64,000 bases of DNA, taken from positions 5,728,001 to 5,792,000 of the forward strand of contig OZ244999.1 in assembly GCA_965223265.1 (NCBI GenBank), read 5' to 3'. The notes under the pieces were generated by a model. The model saw only the letters and a program-made list of their open reading frames with translations, was not told where the DNA came from and searched no databases. The position numbers and the translations under genes are program-made. The DNA comes from Planctomycetota bacterium (GTDB lineage Bacteria; Planctomycetota; UBA8108; SXIK01). Shown here piece after piece: positions 52,638 to 63,800 of this stretch (positions are counted from its first letter, which is position 1; every line of letters starts with the position of its first letter).

Positions 52638-53810
52638 ATGTCGATGTTCTGCCGCAATTCACGTTCGCTTCACGGCCCGCTCGGATTGACGTTCTTTCTC
52701 CTGCTAGTCAGCTGTGGAGAGCGTACGGAATCTCATCAGCCGCGGCCGGAGCCCACACCAACGCCCGAAGCAGTCGAGCCCTCTCCGCCAGCGCCGGAGA
52801 CGTCCACTCGACACAACGAAACGCACTCGTCACCTGGATCACCGGCGGCAGAGGGCGCCTCGGCGCGTCCGGCACAATCGCTTGTCGCGCAGCCACCGCC
52901 AGCACCACCGGGATTCACGTCGGTGGCAGCTCTCAAAGCCGCTGAACGCGACAACCCGAACCTGCTCGAAATGATCGACGTGCGCTCGTTCGTTCCAGAC
53001 TACATCAAACTCGAACGCGACGTCACATTCGCTCGCTACGAAGAACGTGAACTCAAGCTCGACCTTTACAGTCACCGAGACCAAACGCGGGCTGCACCCG
53101 GAATCATCTTCGTCCACGGAGGTGGCTGGCGCGCGGGTCGCAAAGAAGCCTACCGATTCTATTCGCTTGTCTTTGCCGCTGAAGGGTACGTCTGCGCATC
53201 CATTTCCATGCGACTCAGCGATGAGGCGACATTTCCCGCCGCGGTGCAGGATGTCAGCGCCGCCGTCCGTTGGTTGCGCAAAAACGCGGCCCAGTACAAG
53301 GTCGACCCGAACCGCATCGCGCTTGTTGGCAACTCTTCGGGAGCTCACGTTTCACTCTTGGCAGCCTATGCGTCCAGCGACCCGGAGTTCGCAAGTGGAG
53401 ACAACACCCCTGGCACTAGCGGCGCTGTGCAGGCGGTTGTCAGCTTCTATGGTCACACCGACTTGACGGCAGAGTTTGCGATGACGAACGACAACGTCGC
53501 CGCGTTTCTCGGCAAGCGTGCCGACGAAGCTCCTGAGCTCTACCGACGAGCTTCGCCGATTGTCTACGCAACGAGCAAGGCGCCGCCGACACTGCTTTTT
53601 CATGGCACCATCGACGACGACGTCCCGGTCTCCCAGTCCGATCTCTTGCGTGAACGTCTTCGAGAGCTCGGTGTCCCGTGTGTCTACGATCGCATCGAGG
53701 GCTGGCCGCATGGCCTGGACCTGATCACGCCAATCAACCGCCGGTGCCAGTGGTTCATGCGACGCTTCTTTCTCGATCACCTCGGTCCGGGGAAGTTAGG
53801 TAATGAGTGA
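52638..53810 (+). CDS. Alpha/beta hydrolase (HSL/BD-FAE-like esterase) lipoprotein
   Basis: Lipobox LVS-C, Pro-rich linker, HGGGW, GNSSG nucleophile, HGTIDDDVP and WPHG. Confidence 0.9.
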   Translation: MSMFCRNSRSLHGPLGLTFFLLLVSCGERTESHQPRPEPTPTPEAVEPSPPAPETSTRHNETHSSPGSPAAEGASARPAQSLVAQPPPAPPGFTSVAALKAAERDNPNLLEMIDVRSFVPDYIKLERDVTFARYEERELKLDLYSHRDQTRAAPGIIFVHGGGWRAGRKEAYRFYSLVFAAEGYVCASISMRLSDEATFPAAVQDVSAAVRWLRKNAAQYKVDPNRIALVGNSSGAHVSLLAAYASSDPEFASGDNTPGTSGAVQAVVSFYGHTDLTAEFAMTNDNVAAFLGKRADEAPELYRRASPIVYATSKAPPTLLFHGTIDDDVPVSQSDLLRERLRELGVPCVYDRIEGWPHGLDLITPINRRCQWFMRRFFLDHLGPGKLGNE

Positions 53811-53881
53811 AGTCGCCATGCACGCAAGGGTGTGAGCGTCATCCTTTGCCTCGCATCCGCAAGGAGCAACCCCACGTTCGA

Positions 53882-56800
53882 CTACCGACATGCGCTCACC
53901 GCGCATCGCTGCAGCGCGTCATCGCTGCTATCGACGCCGCACGTTGGGTGGGGTGGAGATGGCATGCGGCCGCGGCGAAATAGGTAGTTGAGTGTCAAAA
54001 GCGCGTCGCTGACATCTAGTGTCCCATCGTCATCGGCGTCCGCTGCGTCGGCGCACACAGCGCCTCGCTTGTCCCTGGCAAATAGCTCGAGTAACACACG
54101 TACTGCGTCGGTGACGTTCACCAAACCATCGCCGTTCGCGTCACCACGCAAAAAACGGTCATCTCCGATCGCTCCAGCTGCGCGCGGCGAGTGCACTCCG
54201 CCCTTGTACGCCACAAAGTCCACCTGCAGCGCCCCGGCTGCCAGCTTGTTGCTCAAGCCCAGCTCCAAGTAGGTCACATCCGTTACACGCTCGAGCCCGA
54301 GACTCTCGATGCCGGATCGGGGCAGACGAAGAATCTCCGTCAGCGAGGGATCTTCCGAGCCGTCGAGGTAGACGTTCAATTCATGTTCCCCTGACTCGCG
54401 GGTTGCACTGACCGTCACCCACACCGACTGAAATTCCGTCTCGGAGACCTCTGCCACGACGCGGTTCGCCACCCGCAGCTCGCCATCGGATAGCGCGCAC
54501 GTCAATTGCCGGCGTCGACCCACCTCCGGGCTGTAGACCGTCACACCGACTTGCCCTTTTCCGCGCGACGGTGACTGGCTCAGAGGGCCATCGACATCTC
54601 GAGGACTCGGATGCACCCGGAAGCGCGTGAGAAATGTTACGCCGTCCCCGTCGACAAATTCGTTTCGCAGCGTCACCTCACGCAAGAAGAACAGCGTCGA
54701 GTTCGTGTTCGACACGAACGTGGCTCCTGTTGGATCGCCGGGGTCCTCCAGCGACAAAACGCTCGCCTCGCCACCGCCTTCGCTGCCACCGTCCACAGTT
54801 TCAATCTGCACTCCACCAGGGAGTCCACCTTCCTCTCCTGGACGACTGCCGTCCCAAAAATCGGTCAAAAGCGACCGACGCCATGTGCCATCGAGCGCTC
54901 CACGGTAGAGCTTGCGCTCGCTATACTGCGATTCCCCCGGCTCGGCGTCGTAGACGTAGTCGAAACCGCCGACGGGCGGCGCCCAACCGCCAAAGCTCGA
55001 CGGCTCCACTTGCGCGACCACGGAATTCGACGGCGGTGACTCCAGACCCGCGGTGTTTACAGCGATCACTTGATACTCATGCCTAATTCCCGGCGTCGTG
55101 CGATCAACGTAGCGCAATCGTTGGGCGCTCGTCTGCGCGACCTCGGCGCCATCGCGCAGCACGCGGTAGTGCAAGATCTCGCCCTCCAGGTCTATCGACG
55201 GCTCCCATACTAGGTGTACGCCGCGCGACGTCGAAGCGGACAGACGAAGAGGGCCAGGAGTCAGGGGCGCAGTGGTATCACGCTCGCCGACACTGAACTG
55301 CGTGGGTTCAGAGAAAAAACCCCAGCGCCCCGTCGCATCGCGATAGCGAACGCGGTACGCGTAGCTTCTGCCGACTGCGAGCAGCGGCGTGAAGTCACCG
55401 GAAGGGGTCTCATCTTCCGATGCCTCACGTCGCACCGGCGCCGATTCCAAAAACTCGCTCGTGCGCAGCTCCCAGCGCGGCGACGACCACTCACCGTTCG
55501 ACTCGATCAAGAGCCAGTGCGACTCTGCATGTGCGTCGCCGTCGGCGTCGAAATACGCGTTCGCGTTCAGCTCCACGTCCTCTTCGCTTCCAACGACCTC
55601 ACCCTCTAGCGGAGAGACATTCTGCGGCGCTCGCGGGATACTGGGATCCAGTACATCGGCCAGTAAGTCGACCCGCCGCCGAGCGATCCAGTCCTTCAGT
55701 TCCTCGACGTTGCTCGAGATTGGAGTGTAACGGCCGCACTGCGGCGCGACAAAACCAGGCAGCGACGACACACAATCCGGACCGTGGTTCCAGCGATCGC
55801 GCTCCGCAGTCGCAAGATCGCCAACCAGCTCGGCCCAGCCGTCGATCGTGCGCTCCAAGACCTCGGCGCGATACACCGTCTGCAACAGAAACCGCTTCGT
55901 GGCCTCGAACTCCAACGGATACTGAGGCGTCACACGTGGCCGTAGCGGTTCCGTTCCCTGACCACCTCGATTGCCAAAAGTGTTGTCCAGGTCCCACGGC
56001 AGAACCTCCCACAGCCCCGTTCCTGCGTTGTGGTAGTAATAGAAGTTGTGAAAACTCAAATCGCTGTGCTCAGTGAGATCAACGCAAGCGACGAAGCGTA
56101 GGTACCTATCGACATCGAGGTTCTCTTCGAACCACTCGCGCGTGCTAATGTTCTCAACGCCGTCGATAAAGGCGTTGACGTCTTCAAGCGAGTCTGTGCA
56201 ATCGGGGTGCTTCTTCTCGGGCGGGCCGTCGATGTTGTAGATAGCTGTCGATTCGTCGTCGATGACATGTCCGATGCGATCGAAGAAGCTGACGTCAAGT
56301 CGCTCGACATTGAGATAGACACCGAAGAAGTCTCCATCGAACTGAGAGGCTTCGTTCGCCGACCGGATCACACGCATCTGCGTGAACACCGGAATGCCCG
56401 CGGAGACTCCGGCGTCACGGAACACCTTCCACGCCAGAGCTTCGTAGATGCCACCGTCTCCGCGTGAAGACTCCGTTTGTACCCCGTTGAGCATCAAGTG
56501 ACGACGCGCCCCGGGAAACAGAGAGCCGTCATTGAATCGTCGCCGGACAGGGTTGCCCTTGTTGAAGCGGAGCTTCCAGCTCCGCTTCGGCCAGCGGTAG
56601 CGGTTGACGCCGCCACGCGCGCGCGCGTCGACATGGTCGTAGAAGTCGCTCTCGACGTGACCGTCCACAGGGTCGACCCAGTAGTACACCACCGTCACCT
56701 TCCATGGATAGGTGCTACCACCATGAAGCGCATACTGCAGAGCCTCGATGTCCTCCGCACTGCCAATCACCTGCAATGTCGGCAGGCCCTCAACTCCCGG

Positions 56801-58492
56801 ATGCATAAAACCTGGAGAGCCGAACTCACTCTGTTCACTCGCGACGTAGGGCGGAATTCCGTCATACACTAGATAGCCGACATTCGGCTCGGGATCTTCG
56901 CGTCGCGGATAAGCACGCACCATCGCTGACGCCCCCGCCTCCTGCGCGCGCAGCCGATACCGCACGACCGTGCGATGATCAGCAGACGGCAGCACCGCCT
57001 CCCACCTCCCGCGCTGCAGCGAAAAGCCCATTTCCAGGGCCGTCCATTCGGTCTCATACGCCGGATCGCTCAATCGTATGTAGCTCCCAGGCAAGAGCAC
57101 TTGGTATTCGACGATCACACGCTCGATTGCCGCGCCGTCAGCATCCCACACGCGAGCGTGCACCAGCACTTCGTCCCCCGACGCCACGTTTGTACGCGAC
57201 GGTGCTCCTGGAGCCAAAACAGGAACGTGACCTACGTCGTCGAAGAGCGGCGCCAAACTCTCACCGTTCGCCCGCCAGTCGCGCGTCGCGCTGTTCTCTC
57301 CGCCCGGCGTGCCACGAAAGTCCTCGCTTTCCTGCCAGCTCCAGCCCGAATCGTTGTCCACCGTCGATGCCACGAGCTCGAGGGAGCCGCGAATTCCATC
57401 GGGGTTGATCGGCCAGGGCAGACGATCGTCGTATTCCACGAAGTCGACGATTTCACCGACGGCGTCTACGAGCATGAGCTCTTCTCCGCCGTCGTCCAGC
57501 CGGCGAGTGTACGGGCCGTGCACCACGGCCGGATCAACTTCTGGAAAACGCGCAGCAAACTCTCCCACGTCCTTCGCCAGCACCACGTAACCACCGGCGG
57601 CAATCTCACTACCCGCATCAAAGACAAACTCGAAACCACGCGTGAAAGACCAGCCGCTGAGATCCACCGCCGTCGAGCCGCGGTTGTGGATCTCCACGAA
57701 CTCCTGGCTTTCACAGTGCCGCAGCGGATCCACCTCCGCCTCACGTACGGGGTTGTACGCGATCTCATTGATCACAACCACATGGCGCGGCGCGATCGTT
57801 CCTGCGCTGCTGTTCGCACGGCCTGGAGTACCGGGTCGCGCGCTCTGCGAACTCGCCGCGAAGTTTGTGAAGTCGTCGACCGCTATCGCGCTGCTGTCGA
57901 TACGCTCGAGCGTCGCCCCTTCGCCATCCGCCGACTCAGGCCATGGAGAGTTGTCGTTGTATGCCACGCGGTCGATCAGTTGCCCCGAGGCGCTGAACAC
58001 TCGCACCTCGTCGCCGGAATTCGAAAGACCAAAACCTACGTCACCGACGATCGCAAAACCATCGCCGTAGACGCGGCGCAATGCGGAGGAGTTTCGAGCC
58101 AACACCAAGTAGTCGCCGGCTGCGATCTCTGTTCCCGCAGGAATCACGAACGCATTTCCGTCCTGCTCGTCCTTCACCACCCAGCCGCCAACCGACACCG
58201 TAAAATCTCCGACGTTCGCAAACTCCAGGAACTCCAGTTCTGCGTCACGGCCCAAAACAGCTGGAGGGTTGTACGAGATCTCGTTCAGCACGATCGACTC
58301 GGCGCTCTGCGCTGCCAGCGGCATCGAGGGCAAGCCAAGACAAACGAGAAGGCAAACGTCCGCGCGCAGTTTCCACGGACGTCGAGAAGATGATGGGCGC
58401 ATCGGTGAGGCCAAGCTCCTAGACCAAGCTCTGCGCAGTCTCTGACCCGAATCGCTAAGATCGATTGTTGATCTGCTGAGGGATCCGGTCAA
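53882..58492 (-). CDS. Secreted 2x lamin-tail + CotH kinase + FN3 + C-terminal dockerin-like protein
   Basis: IVLNEISYNP, VVINEIAYNP, RGG...KRSWKLRF, HNFYYY...PWDLD, FN3 (YQVIAVNTAGLES), FLRGDANGDGLVNVTDAV. Start uncertain. Confidence 0.88.
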   Translation of the reverse strand: MTGSLSRSTIDLSDSGQRLRRAWSRSLASPMRPSSSRRPWKLRADVCLLVCLGLPSMPLAAQSAESIVLNEISYNPPAVLGRDAELEFLEFANVGDFTVSVGGWVVKDEQDGNAFVIPAGTEIAAGDYLVLARNSSALRRVYGDGFAIVGDVGFGLSNSGDEVRVFSASGQLIDRVAYNDNSPWPESADGEGATLERIDSSAIAVDDFTNFAASSQSARPGTPGRANSSAGTIAPRHVVVINEIAYNPVREAEVDPLRHCESQEFVEIHNRGSTAVDLSGWSFTRGFEFVFDAGSEIAAGGYVVLAKDVGEFAARFPEVDPAVVHGPYTRRLDDGGEELMLVDAVGEIVDFVEYDDRLPWPINPDGIRGSLELVASTVDNDSGWSWQESEDFRGTPGGENSATRDWRANGESLAPLFDDVGHVPVLAPGAPSRTNVASGDEVLVHARVWDADGAAIERVIVEYQVLLPGSYIRLSDPAYETEWTALEMGFSLQRGRWEAVLPSADHRTVVRYRLRAQEAGASAMVRAYPRREDPEPNVGYLVYDGIPPYVASEQSEFGSPGFMHPGVEGLPTLQVIGSAEDIEALQYALHGGSTYPWKVTVVYYWVDPVDGHVESDFYDHVDARARGGVNRYRWPKRSWKLRFNKGNPVRRRFNDGSLFPGARRHLMLNGVQTESSRGDGGIYEALAWKVFRDAGVSAGIPVFTQMRVIRSANEASQFDGDFFGVYLNVERLDVSFFDRIGHVIDDESTAIYNIDGPPEKKHPDCTDSLEDVNAFIDGVENISTREWFEENLDVDRYLRFVACVDLTEHSDLSFHNFYYYHNAGTGLWEVLPWDLDNTFGNRGGQGTEPLRPRVTPQYPLEFEATKRFLLQTVYRAEVLERTIDGWAELVGDLATAERDRWNHGPDCVSSLPGFVAPQCGRYTPISSNVEELKDWIARRRVDLLADVLDPSIPRAPQNVSPLEGEVVGSEEDVELNANAYFDADGDAHAESHWLLIESNGEWSSPRWELRTSEFLESAPVRREASEDETPSGDFTPLLAVGRSYAYRVRYRDATGRWGFFSEPTQFSVGERDTTAPLTPGPLRLSASTSRGVHLVWEPSIDLEGEILHYRVLRDGAEVAQTSAQRLRYVDRTTPGIRHEYQVIAVNTAGLESPPSNSVVAQVEPSSFGGWAPPVGGFDYVYDAEPGESQYSERKLYRGALDGTWRRSLLTDFWDGSRPGEEGGLPGGVQIETVDGGSEGGGEASVLSLEDPGDPTGATFVSNTNSTLFFLREVTLRNEFVDGDGVTFLTRFRVHPSPRDVDGPLSQSPSRGKGQVGVTVYSPEVGRRRQLTCALSDGELRVANRVVAEVSETEFQSVWVTVSATRESGEHELNVYLDGSEDPSLTEILRLPRSGIESLGLERVTDVTYLELGLSNKLAAGALQVDFVAYKGGVHSPRAAGAIGDDRFLRGDANGDGLVNVTDAVRVLLELFARDKRGAVCADAADADDDGTLDVSDALLTLNYLFRRGRMPSPPHPTCGVDSSDDALQRCAVSACR

Positions 58493-58600
58493 GCGGAATG
58501 GCCAATGTGGCGCCTTGACGATCTCCGCGGTGCTGCCGTAGGCTTGCTACAAGTCCGCGAACTCGCGCGAGGAAAAATCGCGCCGCGAGAGAGGATAACG

Positions 58601-59989
58601 ATGATCACAATCCTGGGACCCGAAGCGCGGAAGTTTTGCGATGGCCTGACGCGACGCAGCTTCATTCGCATTGGGGCTCTCGGTCTCGGCGGCGCGTCGC
58701 TTCCGCAGCTGCTGGAGGCTGCAGCGGGGCCGGGTAAGAGCGGCGGAAAGTCGGTGATCATGATCTATTTGCCGGGTGGGCCGCCGCACCAGGATACCTT
58801 CGACCTCAAACCCGAAGCACCTGCGGAGATTCGTGGTTCGTTCCAGCCGATCGAAACGAATGTACCTGGAGTGCGCATCTGCGAGCTGCTCCCCCAACTC
58901 GCACGCATCACCGATAAGCTCGCAATCATTCGTTCGTTGGTGGGTGCCAAGGATCGTCACGAGTCATTTCAGTGTTACACTGGGCGATTGGCAGGACGGC
59001 CAGGGGACATCGAACCCGCCGGAGGCTGGCCGACTCTCGGATCGGTGGTCTCCGCGACGCTCGGCGGTCGGCGTGGTATGCCATCGTACGTCGACGCCGC
59101 ACCGCGTATGGGATACGGCCCATACAACAACACTGGGCTCCACGATGCGAGTGCGGTGAGCTCGTGGCCAGGATTCCTTGGCGCAGCTCACACACCGTTT
59201 CGCCTCGAAGGTGACGGCCGCGAGGATCTGGTGCTCAACGGAATCTCTAACGATCGCCTCACAAAGCGCCGCACTCTCCTCGCTCACTTCGATCGCTTCC
59301 GCCGCGCGGTCGACGAGGATGCGAGCCGGGATGGATTCGATGCGTTTCGCGAACAAGCTTTCGGCATCTTAACGTCGAGTCGACTAGCGGAGGCCCTCGA
59401 CCTCGAAAGAGAGCCCGCGAACGTTCGCGAACGCTACGGCGTCGGTGGTCCGACGACGGCCAGCTTCGGCGGCGCACCGAAGAGCCCTCAGCATCTGCTG
59501 CTGGCTCGACGACTCGTAGAGGCGGGGGTCCGCTGCGTTACCGTAGCGTTCGGCGCTTGGGATTGGCACGCGAACCGAGGTGGCCCACTCGTTCAGCTCG
59601 CCAAAGAAGATCTGCCAATGTTCGACCACGCCATCGCGACGCTCATCGACGACCTCGACCAGCGTGGTCTGCTCGACGACGTGAGCGTGGTTGTGTGGGG
59701 CGAGTTCGGACGCACACCGCGGATCAACGCCAAAGGAGGTCGCGATCACTGGCCGCGCGTTGCCACTGCGCTGCTCGCCGGCGGCGGAATGAGGTGCGGA
59801 CAAGTCATCGGCGCGACGGATGCACACGCCGGCGAAGCGACCAAAAGGCCTGTCCACTTCCAAGAAGTCTTTGCGACGCTGTACCACAACTTGGGTATCG
59901 ATGTGCGCACGACAACGGTGCGCGATCTCAACGGCAGACCCCACTATTTGGTCGATGCGGGGCGGCGCCCGATCGAGGAGTTGCTGTAG
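58601..59989 (+). CDS. DUF1501 domain protein
   Basis: CDGLTRRSFIRIG Tat-like start, GGPPHQDTFD, WDWH, GEFGRTP and GGRDHW; GAGGA RBS before 58601. Confidence 0.92.
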   Translation: MITILGPEARKFCDGLTRRSFIRIGALGLGGASLPQLLEAAAGPGKSGGKSVIMIYLPGGPPHQDTFDLKPEAPAEIRGSFQPIETNVPGVRICELLPQLARITDKLAIIRSLVGAKDRHESFQCYTGRLAGRPGDIEPAGGWPTLGSVVSATLGGRRGMPSYVDAAPRMGYGPYNNTGLHDASAVSSWPGFLGAAHTPFRLEGDGREDLVLNGISNDRLTKRRTLLAHFDRFRRAVDEDASRDGFDAFREQAFGILTSSRLAEALDLEREPANVRERYGVGGPTTASFGGAPKSPQHLLLARRLVEAGVRCVTVAFGAWDWHANRGGPLVQLAKEDLPMFDHAIATLIDDLDQRGLLDDVSVVVWGEFGRTPRINAKGGRDHWPRVATALLAGGGMRCGQVIGATDAHAGEATKRPVHFQEVFATLYHNLGIDVRTTTVRDLNGRPHYLVDAGRRPIEELL

Positions 59990-60044
59990 CTACCCTTGGA
60001 AGGGCAACGCACTCGCCGAGAGAGTGGCACGCGAGTCGCCCAAG

Positions 60045-60545
60045 CTAGTGTTTCAGGAGCGCCTTGCCCTCGATCGGGGTGCTCGACGGCCCGGCGAGGC
60101 CGGTGCGACTTTCGCGAATGACCCCCGATGCGTCAACGTAAAAGTAGCGATCTCCGGTCACACCGAACTCATTCGGCACAGCGAAAACTCGCCACGGAAT
60201 ACCCGAGATAGAACTGATCAAGAACGAATACCCCGCTTTACCGCCGACGTTGGGTGCCCCTTCGTACGGCGGGTACACCTCACCCAAGTATCCATCCAGG
60301 CTGCCGCTCGACCGCAGTGACTTCCACGCCATCGGATAGGTGCCGAATCTGGACCGATACAGGCTCATGACCGACGCGATCGTCTTCAAGTTGGCGATCG
60401 CAGCCCCTTCGTTCGCGGACTTACGCGCTTGCTGAAGACTTGGAACTGCGAGTGATGCAACGATGGCTATGACCGAAGTCGTGATCGCCATCTCGATCAG
60501 AGTAAAACCGCGAGCCGAAGATTGACCACGTCGCTGCTTGTTCAA
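60045..60545 (-). CDS. Prepilin-type N-terminal cleavage/methylation protein (type IV pilin/pseudopilin)
   Basis: RG|FTLIE followed by a hydrophobic helix; ARKSANE; TTG start after GGAGGAGG. Confidence 0.9.
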   Translation of the reverse strand: MNKQRRGQSSARGFTLIEMAITTSVIAIVASLAVPSLQQARKSANEGAAIANLKTIASVMSLYRSRFGTYPMAWKSLRSSGSLDGYLGEVYPPYEGAPNVGGKAGYSFLISSISGIPWRVFAVPNEFGVTGDRYFYVDASGVIRESRTGLAGPSSTPIEGKALLKH

Positions 60546-60836
60546 GTCCTCCTCCTTTCACACACGAGACTCGGTGCAATTTCAATGCCAAATGACACCG
60601 TACAGTCAAGAACCGTTACGTAACCGCGAGTTAGCGCACGCCAAGCTTTTGACCTCGACGCGAAGGATCGAACAGAACTTGGACACGTCGCCCCTGGCGC
60701 GTCCGGGTGACGGCAACGGGCTGAGAGCGTGACCGATTTGGCTGGCCGAGTGCGTTCCCAACTCTTACTCTGGACGGCTTGCCTCGCGGCCCTTGTATGC
60801 CCAGTTCAACATATACTCTCAAGCGATTCTGACTTC

Positions 60837-63800
60837 ATGAACTCACGACAACTGCTATCGCAACGTAGCGATTTCCGCCCACTGTTGATTGTTCTTTGCA
60901 TCGCGTTTCTTCCTGCGACCAAGGCGGCTCGCGCCGCCGATCTCCTAAACCTTCAAAAAGGCGACAGCATTTGCTACCTCGGCAACACACTCGCCGAACG
61001 CATGCAGCACGACGGCTGGCTCGAGACGCTGATCCAGAGTCGCTTTCCGCGCAAGGAACTGTCCTTCCGCAACTTGGGTTTCTCGGGCGACGAGTTCGCC
61101 CTCAGGCAGCGATCGGCCGGATTCGGATCGCCCCACGATCACCTGGAGCACAACCGCGCTGACGTCGTGTTTGCCTTCTTCGGCTACAACGAATCTTTCG
61201 CCGGCAAAAAAGGGATCAAGAAGTTCAAAGCTGACGTGGGCGAGTTCATTCAAAGAACTCTCGAACAGAAATACAACGGCGAAACCCCGCCGCGGTTGGT
61301 GATCTTTTCGCCCATCGCTCATGAGGATCTCCGCGATCCGAATCTGCCGTACGGACGCGACAACAACGCCCGTCTAAGGCTGTACTCGGAGGCAGCGGCA
61401 CAAGTGTGCGAAGCGCACGATGTAATCTTCGTAGACCTCTTCATGCCGACGCGAAAACTGTACGCCGAGACGGCGACAGCTCACACGATCAACGGGGTTC
61501 ACCTCAACGACTATGGAAATCGAAAGGTTGCGGAAATCATCGACACCGCCCTCTTCGGTCCTCGACCGCCTCACGATCAAGCGAAACTCACCCAGATTCG
61601 CGATGCGGTCCTCGACAAAAACTTTTACTGGTTCCAGCGCTACCGTGTCGTGGATGGCTACAACGTCTACGGTGGACGCTCACACCTCGAGTACAATGGG
61701 CAAACGAACCGTGTCGTCATGCAGCGCGAGATGGAGATCCTCGATGTCATGACAGCCAATCGCGATCGCCGCATCTGGGCAGTGGCGAACGGAATGGACT
61801 TCGAGGTCGACGACAGCAGCACACCCGAGTTTCTGCCCACGGAGACGAACAAGCCCGGTGACGGCCCTCGGGGGTCTCACGTCTACGTCGGCGGCGAAGA
61901 GGCGATCGCACTGATGACGCCAGCTGCGGGAATGAAAGTCAACTTTGTCGCGTCCGAGGCCGAGTTTCCCGATCTCGCCAATCCAGTCAATATGGCGTTT
62001 GACCCGAAGGGACGTCTCTTCGTCGCCTGCATGCCCTCCTACCCGCACTGGAAGCCAAAGGATCCTTTCAACGACAAGATCGTGATCCTCGAAGATCTCG
62101 ATGGCGATGGTCGCGCCGACCGCCTGAAGGTTTTCGCCGACAAGCTCCATGTTCCGACAGGCCTGGAGTTCTGGGGAGGCGGACTCTTCGTGGGCCAGCA
62201 ACCAGACTTGATGTTCTTGAAAGATACCGACGGGGATGACGTCGCTGACATCCGCCAGCGCGTGCTTCATGGGATCGACTCAGCCGACACCCACCACGCT
62301 CTCAACAGCTTCGTCCTTGACCCGGGCGGAGCCCTCTACTTCCAGGAGGGGATCTTTCACCACACCCAGGTCGAAACCGCTTGGAAGGCTCCCGCACGTT
62401 GCGTTAACGCTGGCGTCTTTCGCTACGAGCCCCGGACACAGAAGTTCGATGTCTTCGTCTCGTACGGCTTCGCGAATCCGCACGGTCACGCCATCGATCG
62501 CTGGGGCCAAAGCTTTGTGACAGACGGCACGAGTGCTAACACTTATTTCGCGGCGGCGTTTTCAGGGCACGTAGACTTTCCGCGCAAACATCCTCGCATG
62601 CGAACGGTGTACGATCGGCGTACCAGACCCTGCCCTGCCACAGAAATTCTCTCTAGCCGCCACTTTCCCGCGGCGAACCAAGGCAACTTTCTTGTCGCTA
62701 ATGTGATCGGCTTTCTCGGCATTCTGCAGTATGAGTTTGAGGACGCCGGCTCTGGCTTTGGCGCCAAAGAGGTCGACCCGATCGTCTTCTCGAGTGACCC
62801 TAGTTTCCGTCCAGCAGACCTGGAGATCGGTCCCGACGGGGCGATATGGTTCATCGACTGGCACAACGCGATCATCGGACACATGCAGCACCACCTCCGC
62901 GATCCGAGCCGCGACCACAAGCACGGTCGCGTCTACCGGGTGACCTACGAGGGAGGCGATTCGCTCAAACCGGTCGAGATCGACGCTGCACCAGTCCCCC
63001 ACCTGCTCGACATCCTCAAACAGCACGAGGATCGAGTGCGTCTACGCGCACGCATCGAGCTAAGCGACCGAAAGACGACGGAAGTCGTCGCGGCGTTGAC
63101 GAAGTGGATCGCCGCCCTCGACCAGAGCAACCCCGACTACGAACACCACCTGCTTGAAGCGCTTTGGCTTCACCAGAGCCACAACGTCGTTACGGTCGAG
63201 CTCCTCGAGCGACTCTTGAGCGCTAAGGACGCCCGCGCTCGAGCGGCTGCAACGCGCGTCCTATGCTACTGGCGAGACCGTGTCCCGGCCGTCCTCGACT
63301 ACCTGCGCCGGCTCGCGGTGGACCCACACCCCCGCGTGCGACTCGAGGCCGTGCGCGCTGCGAGCTTCTTTCGCGACGTCAGCGCGATCGAAGTGGCACT
63401 GACCTCACTGACGCTTCCGATGGACTACTATCTCGACTACACACTCGAAGAGACGCTGCGTACGCTCGATCCCTACTGGAAACACATGCTCGCCGAAGGC
63501 AAGCTGCCCGGAGGCACAGCCCTCGCCACACGTCATCTCATCTCACGGCTGAGCGTCGAAGAACTCATGGCTCTGAGGACGATGAGACCTCGCGACGTCT
63601 ACCTCGAGCTATTGACTCGGCCACAACTCCCGGCTGAACTACGCCTCGAAGGTAGCCGTGGCCTCGCCGCTCTGGACGAGACCTCCGAGACGAGTGCAAT
63701 CGTGCGCACGCTTCGGCAGCTCGAGTCTACCGATGCGGAGAGTAGCGCGCTGTACGATTTAGCGCACCTACTGACACAACGAGGCTCGACCGAACTCGCC

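Noticed and set aside
51980-52689. ORFs encoding EAET/LRLC/RRRQ repeats
   Set aside because: Overlapping frames across the VNTR with no independent coding evidence.
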